Positions 57,340-64,000 of a stretch of 64,000 bases of DNA are shown in pieces. The DNA lies in IMG/VR virus record IMGVR_UViG_3300035158_000183, positions 96,001 through 160,000 of that record, one strand, 5' to 3'. The notes beneath the pieces were generated by a model that was given only the letters and a program-made list of their open reading frames with translations, had not been told where the DNA came from and did not search any database. How positions within the stretch are numbered: the first letter of the stretch is position 1; each line of letters starts with the position of its first letter. The DNA is from a virus. A program made the translations under genes and the position numbers.

Positions 57340-58480
57340 TAGATATCTCCTATTAGGTGTAGAGGTTGTATACCCTGATTGTATCATAAATTATGCAGTA
57401 TAGCCGGAATGGGGCCTTCAGTGGGGTGTGTTTCGGCGGGTCCGGAGAAGTCAAGGCCATATGGGGTAGATTTTGAGAAAAAATATATTTCATATTTCGC
57501 AATGTGAAATCCTGTATATGGAAATGAATACAGATATTTGTATTGGATATTGATTTGGAGTCCATATGGAACCCAAAATGAACATTCCGAGTGAATACCT
57601 AGTATGTGTGGGTGGTGGTAGGGGCCACAACCTGCGTTCGGAGCCCACGGGGTGGTCTCGTGGGACCGAGTTCTGTCTTCATCCACCCTGGATGGATGAT
57701 TGACTGAACACGCTGCGGATGGTCTGCAGCACTGTGTCAGACAGTATTCTGACAGCTCTCTCAGCGAGGAGATATCCACTCCCCGAGCCTACTGAGAAGA
57801 GATAATTACATGGTACTGAACAGCAGAGTCAGTACCAGTAGGATTTAAAACCTGTGGATTACTACTTCTTCTACTCTGATACACTCACCAGTCTGGCATC
57901 ACTGAAAGGTTGTGTAATTCAACCTGTGGTGTACATCAGCGTCATATCACTATATGTGATAGGTGTACTACCATCAGTGCTGTATATCAGATACTACATA
58001 TCACTGTAGATATACATTAAGCTCTGAAATAAGTAGGAGATATATGTATATCCGTCCCTGAGAAGGAACAGTTAGATATGTACTGCCATACTGACTGGTG
58101 GTTATATCCCATATAGCTGGGTCAGTAATGCGTAGTAGTGGGCGCATGAACGACAGCTATCCTACCCCAGCTGGTGTGAGGGGAACAGCACATAGGAACA
58201 GCAGTGGTCCAGGGACACTGCCTAGTACGGTGCTCAGTACCGCACACCAGAGTACTCGATCTATGACTAGCCTCTAGTAGGTGTTGTGTAACCGAAGATG
58301 CACAGCACAGTGTACACATACACAGATAGGTTAATTAATAAACACTGACCTACGATGTACACACTACTACGCTAGTCATAAATCCACCCCTCTATCATGC
58401 CCATGTGCCTGGTATACATGGGCAGCATAGATGGATGGATATGCAAGGCAAACCAAGAAAAATCCTGCAACGGATTTGGT
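57340..58480. other. Non-coding divergence region between the morphogenesis arm and early-type genes (candidate origin, terminus or control region)
   Basis: No credible ORF; AT-rich patch ~57470-57580; many short palindromes; gene strand switches here. Confidence 0.55.
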
Positions 58481-58487
58481 AAACAAA

Positions 58488-58510
58488 GCCCTAACGGGCA
58501 AAGGAGGAAG
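58488..58510 (+). promoter_or_regulatory. GCCC-TAAC-GGGC hairpin plus SD
   Basis: Same hairpin as at 58927 and 59287, immediately before AAGGAGG and ATG 58513. Confidence 0.75.
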
Positions 58511-58512
58511 GC

Positions 58513-58839
58513 ATGAAGAAGTTCAAGATTGCATTGCTGGCACCACTGCATGGGTGGGTAACCCTGCTGGCGAAAGACGCCCAGACCGCTCTCGACGGCA
58601 TCCACGACATGACCGGCTGCAAGGTCAAGGTCATGGAGGTAACTCCGCTCTGCAAGTGCTCTGACGAAGAGCAGCAGGCAGCAGAACAGGCCAAAGGCCT
58701 CGAAGCGGTCATCCTGGAACGCAACACTTGGCAGCCCGTAACTGCCGAGAACTACCAGGAGATCATGGCACAGATGACCGGGAGGGCCCTCAAGAAGATC
58801 GCAAAGCACATTAGCCGCCTGGACGACCTAGACAAGTAA
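58513..58839 (+). CDS. Hypothetical early protein
   Basis: 108 aa, strong SD, GC3-biased codons. Confidence 0.75.
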   Translation: MKKFKIALLAPLHGWVTLLAKDAQTALDGIHDMTGCKVKVMEVTPLCKCSDEEQQAAEQAKGLEAVILERNTWQPVTAENYQEIMAQMTGRALKKIAKHISRLDDLDK

Positions 58840-58870
58840 CCATGAAGACCCTCTAGTCTCAACAGCCGAC

Positions 58871-58938
58871 AGGAGTGGGGTACTAAGCCTCTGCAGCAAG
58901 GTGCAATTCCTTGTGCTCCTATAACCGCCCTAACGGGC
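58871..58938 (+). ncRNA. tRNA-like structured element A plus leader hairpin
   Basis: Closing stem AGGAGT/GCTCCT, inner hairpin GGGGT/GCCTC, T-arm GCAAGG-TGCAATT-CCTTGT, 6 nt, GCCC-TAAC-GGGC. Confidence 0.65.
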
Positions 58939-58952
58939 AGGAAGGGGTCAAC

Positions 58953-59144
58953 ATGACTACCGCAGTAGAGAAAGCCATTGCCAGTGTGCTGGCAACGCTG
59001 ACCAAGGAAGAGAGGGAAGGCAATCCTACTCCTCTGGTCAATGACACCACAATCGTCCTCAACAAGATCGAGCTGATGTTGAGGCGCAAGGAAGAGGCTA
59101 TCGACGCCAAGATCGACAGCATCTGCCCCAAGCCGACCTGGTAG
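58953..59144 (+). CDS. Hypothetical early protein (63 aa)
   Basis: MTTAVEKAIASV...; start reassigned to the ATG after the SD. Confidence 0.7.
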   Translation: MTTAVEKAIASVLATLTKEEREGNPTPLVNDTTIVLNKIELMLRRKEEAIDAKIDSICPKPTW

Positions 59145-59207
59145 TACCCAACCAACCGTATCCCACCAAGCCGGTCCTCTGGGCAAGACCTAAAACTGCC
59201 CTATCTA

Positions 59208-59298
59208 TGGCACGGCACCAAGGGTTTAATTCCCTGAAGTGCACATGGCTCAAAGGTAGGTTCGAATCCTACCCGTGCCACTAACCGCCCTAACGGGC
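59208..59298 (+). ncRNA. tRNA-like structured element B plus leader hairpin
   Basis: 7-bp stem TGGCACG/CGTGCCA, inner GCAC/GTGC and AGGG/CCCT hairpin, T-arm GGTAGG-TTCGAAT-CCTACC, 6 nt, GCCC-TAAC-GGGC. Confidence 0.72.
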
Positions 59299-59313
59299 AG
59301 GAAGGAGATGGTC

Positions 59314-59520
59314 ATGAAGGCTATCAAGATCGCCATGAGAGTGGCACAGGCAATCAAGAGGGCCGAGCAGGCTCTGGTAAGGGCCCAGAACGAGGCCAAG
59401 CACATGGTGCAGGAAGCCAGCAACTGGGACAACCACAAGGCTGCAGCAGCACACGTAGCCATGGCCGACAGGAAAGTGCGGGTGGCCAAGGCCCGTCTGG
59501 CTGAAGCGAAGGCCAGGTAG
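59314..59520 (+). CDS. Hypothetical Ala-rich helical early protein (68 aa)
   Basis: MKAIKIAMRVAQ...; SD GGAG at 59304. Confidence 0.7.
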   Translation: MKAIKIAMRVAQAIKRAEQALVRAQNEAKHMVQEASNWDNHKAAAAHVAMADRKVRVAKARLAEAKAR

Positions 59521-59527
59521 TATGACG

Positions 59528-59603
59528 AGTGCAGGCAGGTGCTAGGGACTACACATCCCTACAGGGTTCGACACCCTGCTGTGCTATTGAAGCCCGCAAG
59601 GGC
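59528..59603 (+). ncRNA. tRNA-like structured element C plus leader hairpin
   Basis: Stem AGTGCAG/CTGTGCT, inner TAGGGA/TCCCTA hairpin, T-arm CAGGG-TTCGACA-CCCTG, 6 nt, GCCC-GCAA-GGGC. Confidence 0.68.
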
Positions 59604-59617
59604 AGGAAGGAGCAACC

Positions 59618-59785
59618 ATGGATTACCTGACCATGGTGATCAACAAGTATTCGGCTACACCGGAGCCGGAGAAGGATAAGGAGATTGTGCCTTATCGGGA
59701 CCGACCAACCAAACAAGCTGCCATGGAGACAACCTTGGCACAGTTCTGCTATCAGTGCGCTGAGGCAGAGAAGGAGGATGTGTAA
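59618..59785 (+). CDS. Hypothetical early protein (55 aa; not in the ORF track)
   Basis: MDYLTMVINKYSATPEPEKDKE...FCYQCAEAEKEDV; SD AAGGAG; TAATG coupling to the next gene. Confidence 0.65.
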   Translation: MDYLTMVINKYSATPEPEKDKEIVPYRDRPTKQAAMETTLAQFCYQCAEAEKEDV

Positions 59786-60090
59786 TGTCCAAGAAAACAA
59801 AACTGCTGCACAAGGTCGGCAAGGGCCTAATCAAGGCCGGGGCCGCTGTAGACTCGGCATTTGGTGCCGTAGATGCGGTGGAGAAGAAGATCGGCAGAGG
59901 CAAGATGCTCGATGACCGCATCGAAGATGGCGCCAAGTGGACCGCCAACAAAATCAAGGCTGGGTTCCATAAGGCCAAGGACGTGGTGATCGAAAGTACC
60001 ACCAAGGCCAAGGAGAAGGTCGCCAAGATCAAACCTACCAAGGTGGTAGAACCCGAGAAGGCCAAGCCGTGGTCTGTGGACCAGAGCTGA
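59785..60090 (+). CDS. Hypothetical Lys-rich early protein
   Basis: 101 aa amphipathic helical. Confidence 0.75.
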   Translation: MSKKTKLLHKVGKGLIKAGAAVDSAFGAVDAVEKKIGRGKMLDDRIEDGAKWTANKIKAGFHKAKDVVIESTTKAKEKVAKIKPTKVVEPEKAKPWSVDQS

Positions 60091-60104
60091 AATGGAGGTA
60101 AATA

Positions 60105-61178
60105 ATGTCGAAGATGTCCAACAAGGCATTGGTGGAATGGGACACTGGAACTGCAGAGAAATTCAACAGGCCTAACAAGGTCAGGAAGGAATCGAGGATG
60201 AAGGAATTCAAGGACCCGAATGTCGTACTCAACTACGACGAAGTGGCCATCAACTACGCAACTCCCTGGTGGGAGGACCGCACCACCATCCAGGAGCTGG
60301 CTGACTTCCTACAACCGCTCTTCGGCACGGAACTCTGTGCGGATATGCTCCCGCCCCAGGACATCTCTTGGTACCTCAGGGACCAGGAGACCCGCCTCTA
60401 CTGGATGCACAGGGATATGCGCGAGCTGCCCGCTAGAATCGTAGAAGCCCAGGACAAGGCCGATGAGGCCTTCGCTGCGGCTCAGGCTGCTTCTGCTGCC
60501 ATCGAGGTGGACCTCGAGGACGGAATGCCCGACCACTTCATGATTGAGGCCAAGGTAGAGTGCAAGAAGCTCTGGAACAAGGCCAAGAAGCTCCAGGCTG
60601 AGGTCGGCTACATGGAGTACTACCTGGAGCATCTGCCCCAGATAATCCTGGACACGGAGGCTGCTACCGATAGGGCTGAGTGGCGGAAGAACCAGCCTGA
60701 GGAGTACTTCAAGACTGAGGCTGACAAGGAGGAAGCGAAGCAGGAGTGGAACTTCCACTGGGCCCAGGCCAAGAGATACTGGCAGCACGTGCTTGCCTGG
60801 CTCGTTGACAACGGCGAGAGCCGCATGTCGGATGCCAAGGCCAAGATGCTGTTCCGCAGCCTGGACCACAAGCTGGCCAGGAAGGAGATAAGCTCCTGGT
60901 ATTACTACGCTATCTCCATGGAGGTGGTAAGGATCCGCAACAACAGGCAGCCCCATGCTATCTGGGAGCAGGAGCTGGACAGGCTGACTAGGTATGCTGC
61001 CGGCTGCAAAGCCAGGGCAGAGGCCGATGGCAACACCTGGGGCACTCCCATACCCAAGGAGTACGAGCCCATGGAGATGGAGTACACCTTCATGTCGGAC
61101 AGGTGCAACCTGTCTGAAGATGAGATGATCCATGCCATCGATGAGAGGGGAGCTTTCCGGAACAAATACCGGAACTAG
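60105..61178 (+). CDS. Hypothetical early protein
   Basis: 357 aa, SD GGAGG, strong GC3 bias, helical/coiled-coil. Confidence 0.8.
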   Translation: MSKMSNKALVEWDTGTAEKFNRPNKVRKESRMKEFKDPNVVLNYDEVAINYATPWWEDRTTIQELADFLQPLFGTELCADMLPPQDISWYLRDQETRLYWMHRDMRELPARIVEAQDKADEAFAAAQAASAAIEVDLEDGMPDHFMIEAKVECKKLWNKAKKLQAEVGYMEYYLEHLPQIILDTEAATDRAEWRKNQPEEYFKTEADKEEAKQEWNFHWAQAKRYWQHVLAWLVDNGESRMSDAKAKMLFRSLDHKLARKEISSWYYYAISMEVVRIRNNRQPHAIWEQELDRLTRYAAGCKARAEADGNTWGTPIPKEYEPMEMEYTFMSDRCNLSEDEMIHAIDERGAFRNKYRN

Positions 61179-61218
61179 CCCCCCCCCGACCAAAGGGAGG
61201 GGAGCCCCCTTGGGGGCA
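61178..61218 (+). terminator. GC-rich hairpins after the early block
   Basis: C-run/G-run stem then GCCCCC-TT-GGGGGC; no clear U-tract. Confidence 0.4.
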
Positions 61219-61777
61219 CTAATGTATGTCTTGACTGATTGCTGGTTAGTGTGCGCGGCGCCAGACCGAATAAGCTTCAAGTACCCCTTCGACAAATTGG
61301 AGACTCCGTTCGGTACGGTCACCGTCTTCGACCGTAATGTCTAACTATATTCGGTATCACGCTTCGCACCAGCCCCGTCTGCGCCTGAAATACCCTGCTA
61401 ATCACGCTTCGCCTGCTTCAAATGGTAGTCGACTCCCTCGCTACGCTCGGTCAAACATCAAATCATATACTATATACGTACTGGTACGTCTTACTGTTCA
61501 CGGTATTATACAGTAATACTGTAGCCCGTAAGGGCTTACCTGTATATACTGTTATAACTGTTAACTGTATAGGGCCTTTAGGCCCTTAATGCCTTCAAGA
61601 GTATATGTAAGTGTGCGGAATAGTCGTGTTTATCGGCAACTCCAGGAAGGTAGTGGGCCCGTGGGGCCTATACTGCTTTCCCCGGAGCGCGCACTACACT
61701 CTTGAAGGTAAACCACTAAAATCATTACATTCTGCTCTTCTCATGTGGGAGAACAGGCAAAATGTATCCAACTGCCT

Positions 61778-61900
61778 GGTACTGGTTTGGTATAGTATTA
61801 GTACTGGTGCTGGTGTGGTACTGGTAGAGTACTGGTGCAGTATTAGCATTGGTACGGTATCGGTACAGCATTGGTACAGTACCAGTATTGGTACTGGTAG
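61778..61900. repeat. Low-complexity GTACTGG/GGTAC repeat tract
   Basis: Numerous degenerate GTACTGGT-like units with strong G/T skew. Confidence 0.6.
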
Positions 61901-61943
61901 GAGATAGACAGAATCTAGGTAAAACAACTGAAAGGATGGTTTC

Positions 61944-62255
61944 ATGGGTAAACTGTATAATATCTACAATGTGTGTCCGGCGGATGGGGAAGGAACTAAA
62001 CCAGATGTCACCATTGTAAAGCAGCGTGTGGAGCTAACCGACACTGAGGTGGAGTACTACAGAGAATACTGTATGTACGAGGTGGAGGAGATGCAGGACC
62101 GTGACGTGCTTATCAGTTCTTGTGACAACTGTGGCCTGCTTACACTACAAGAGTATCGTGTGTTGCCGGTTGAGGACGAACACTACCCCGGTACAACAGC
62201 CTTGCTGAAATGTCAGTGTAGGAAATGCAACCATAAACAGGAAGTGCTGGTTTAG
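61944..62255 (+). CDS. Hypothetical zinc-ribbon protein
   Basis: 103 aa; CDNCG...CQCRKC. Confidence 0.65.
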   Translation: MGKLYNIYNVCPADGEGTKPDVTIVKQRVELTDTEVEYYREYCMYEVEEMQDRDVLISSCDNCGLLTLQEYRVLPVEDEHYPGTTALLKCQCRKCNHKQEVLV

Positions 62256-62264
62256 GAGGAAGCA

Positions 62265-62477
62265 ATGTTCAAACTCTATGCAGTCAAGTGTGAAGGCGAG
62301 TACTACAACTTCGGTACCATGAAGTGGGAGGAAAACCTGGAACTGGATTGCCTAGCCTACAATCAGTGGAGTGCCGAAGAGAAGGCAATACAGACCGAGG
62401 GTGCTCAGGTTATCGTCTTTAGGTGTAAGCGCGAACGCGCTTATGTGCCGGTCTCCTGGGTACAGGGAGGCTGGTAA
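62265..62477 (+). CDS. Hypothetical protein
   Basis: 70 aa, SD AGGAGG. Confidence 0.7.
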   Translation: MFKLYAVKCEGEYYNFGTMKWEENLELDCLAYNQWSAEEKAIQTEGAQVIVFRCKRERAYVPVSWVQGGW

Positions 62478-62957
62478 CCAAACTCAGAGATGAGTGGAAA
62501 GGAAAGTAGGGAGGAGACGATGAAGTTCGTAAAGAACTGGTTCTCTAACTTCTTGCCTATGGATACGCCGATCCAGGACAGAGGAGTTAAATTCCATACT
62601 GTGGAGCACTTCTTCCAGGCCATGAAGTGTGAACGTGACGATTTGGCCGGCCGGAGGGAGATAGCTGAGGCTGCCACTCCAGGCCAGGCCAAGAGACTTG
62701 GCAGGAAAGTCATACTTCGCACTGGTTGGGATGGAATGAAGCTTGAAGTCATGGAATTCGCGCTCCGCCACAAGTTCGCACCTGGTACGTCCTGGCATAA
62801 GAAGCTCATGGAGACCACTGAAGAGATAACAGAGTGGAATAACTGGCATGACAACTTCTGGGGTCACTGCAAGTGTGACCGCTGTGCCGATAAGCCACAC
62901 CAAAATCATTTGGGCAGACTGCTAACCAAACTCAGAGATGAGTGGAAAGGAAAGTAG
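62475..62957 (+). repeat. 35-bp perfect direct repeat (62475-62509 and 62923-62957) flanking the NADAR gene
   Basis: TAACCAAACTCAGAGATGAGTGGAAAGGAAAGTAG occurs at both positions. Confidence 0.9.
62520..62957 (+). CDS. NADAR (YbiA-like) family protein
   Basis: WFSNF, TVEHFFQAMK, AKRLGR, W...KLEVM..ALRHKF, DNFWG, NHLGRLL; start placed after SD GGAGGAG. Confidence 0.9.
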   Translation: MKFVKNWFSNFLPMDTPIQDRGVKFHTVEHFFQAMKCERDDLAGRREIAEAATPGQAKRLGRKVILRTGWDGMKLEVMEFALRHKFAPGTSWHKKLMETTEEITEWNNWHDNFWGHCKCDRCADKPHQNHLGRLLTKLRDEWKGK

Positions 62958-62958
62958 T

Positions 62959-63144
62959 ATGAAACGAGATGCGTACAAACGACGGATGGTTCTGGCTGCT
63001 GACTCTGCCATGTGCAAAGTCATCTTCGGTGCGTGCCCGCTCAAGTGGGCCATGCTCGATGCTGCCAGGAGGTTCAATGTAAGCTTCAAGGCCGTGGCCT
63101 ATGAGGTTGACATTCGCGGACTGGATGCCCTGGCTACCGACTAG
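62959..63144 (+). CDS. Hypothetical protein (61 aa)
   Basis: MKRDAYKRRMVL...; starts just after the NADAR stop. Confidence 0.55.
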   Translation: MKRDAYKRRMVLAADSAMCKVIFGACPLKWAMLDAARRFNVSFKAVAYEVDIRGLDALATD

Positions 63145-63173
63145 TCAGAGTCATCAAATCTTAGGAGGACAAA

Positions 63174-63458
63174 ATGAAAAACACAATCTTGGTAGGAATC
63201 ATCGCCGGCCTGGCGCTGGCACTGATAGTCATCTGGTCAGGTGGCTGCTCCAGCAATGGCATCATCGGTCTGGACAACTATGAGCATGGTGTAGCACTAT
63301 GTGAGTCCAAGTACTCCGCAGTGGTACATCCGAACAAGGCTCATGTCTGGAACGATGGAACAGCCACATTTGTCATCAATGAGGGTCACTACCATGATCC
63401 CGAGGTCAAAGAACTGGTCAAGCTGGCACACAAGGAGTGCGCTAAGTTCAGCAACTAA
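63174..63458 (+). CDS. Putative lipoprotein
   Basis: MKNTILVGIIAGLALALIVIWSGGC signal with lipobox-like Cys; SD AGGAGG. Confidence 0.65.
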   Translation: MKNTILVGIIAGLALALIVIWSGGCSSNGIIGLDNYEHGVALCESKYSAVVHPNKAHVWNDGTATFVINEGHYHDPEVKELVKLAHKECAKFSN

Positions 63459-63493
63459 AGGATGTTTCTGCCATACTACAGGGAGAACATGGA

Positions 63494-63604
63494 ATGAAGT
63501 GTTACACTGGTGTTGGCTTGCGCAATACGCCTAAAGACATCTTGGATGTTATGACAGCACTTGCGCGATACCTCGCAAACAATGGCTAGACGCTGCGCAG
63601 ATGA
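63494..63604 (+). pseudogene. Truncated SLOG/DprA-like gene remnant
   Basis: MKCYTGVGLRNTPKDILDVMTALARYLANNG*TLRR*; resembles Y.GIGSR.TP...M..LA..LA..GWTLRSGG with TGG>TAG. Confidence 0.5.
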
Positions 63605-63734
63605 CCATGACATCAAGGATGCAGCCCAGGCCATACTCTCAGAATATGAGTAAGGAAATACATAGCCCTAGCCTACGAGATATCACAATGGAGGAGGACC
63701 AAATGTCTAAGCCAAAACTGTCAAAGGTGGCGCC

Positions 63735-64000
63735 ATGACTCGCATATATGGCTGGCACTTCCTGCGCAACAATGGCACCACGAGAGGTGCTACCAGTCCC
63801 GAATCCGGGGGACTGGAGGTGTGGGACAAGGAATTGATAATGGACGCACAGGGGCTGCATATGAGCAGGCAACCGATTGACGCATTGGACCATGCAGAGA
63901 GCGGCATAGTGCGTCGCGTGTACGCGTATGGCGACATCGTTGAAGGCGACAATAAACTGGTTGCAAGCCACCGCAAGGAGGTGTGGCGCATCGACGCAAC
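63735..64000 (+). CDS. Hypothetical phage protein, 5' part (runs off the window)
   Basis: MTRIYGWHFLR...QGLHMSRQPIDALDHA...GDIVEGDNKLVASHR, a common phage domain pattern; frame open to the window end. Confidence 0.65.
   Translation, partial: MTRIYGWHFLRNNGTTRGATSPESGGLEVWDKELIMDAQGLHMSRQPIDALDHAESGIVRRVYAYGDIVEGDNKLVASHRKEVWRIDA

Noticed and set aside
57353-58319. Short ORFs in the divergence region (57353..57565, 57384..57779, 58122..58319)
   Set aside because: No SD, atypical composition, and they overlap palindromic non-coding DNA
59208-59280. Canonical tRNA gene (73 nt, GGTTCGAATCC, ends ...GCCA)
   Set aside because: The CCA is part of the paired stem and no proper D-arm or anticodon arm forms; reported as tRNA-like instead
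60309-61322. 337-aa minus-strand ORF
   Set aside because: Antisense shadow of the GC3-biased 60105..61178 gene; no SD or recognisable motifs
61611-61945. ORFs 61611..61907 (+) and 61694..61945 (-)
   Set aside because: Arise from the low-complexity GTACTGG tract; no translation signals
62490-62519. Longer NADAR start at 62490 and the 62938 start of the next gene (both begin MSGKES)
   Set aside because: Both ATGs lie inside the 35-bp repeat; SD position and family alignment favour 62520 and 62959
63587-63589. Amber stop recoding (alternative genetic code)
   Set aside because: Many intact genes end in TAG with the next gene following closely, and long ORFs are uninterrupted under the standard code

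Overview
This window is part of a large contractile-tailed (myovirus-like, probably jumbo) phage genome. Bases ~1-57340 form one minus-strand morphogenesis arm. In transcription order it carries a receiver-domain membrane protein, GroES, a stand-alone terminase-like ATPase, a possible small terminase, a 1638-aa multi-enzyme polyprotein, three Gly-rich proteins, TerL, an intein-containing portal with a head-morphogenesis-like C-terminus, prohead protease, MCP, neck, sheath, three tube-like paralogs, chaperones, a 2610-aa virion protein with three inteins, a 1497-aa protein with RNA-polymerase-like catalytic motifs, and the baseplate. After a ~1.1 kb non-coding divergence region, small plus-strand early-type genes begin. 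Three features stand out. (1) The polyprotein strings together a DnaQ exonuclease, a zincin protease, a PD-(D/E)XK nuclease, a protein kinase and two unknown modules, separated by five copies of a 24-27 aa linker ending FGSG[YW]. (2) Sequence-divergent but structurally conserved tRNA-like elements, each followed 6 nt later by a GCCC-N4-GGGC hairpin and an SD, precede consecutive early genes. (3) A candidate single-chain virion RNA polymerase with a DFDKD catalytic loop sits in the tail module. All functional calls come from motif recognition and synteny; no searches were run.
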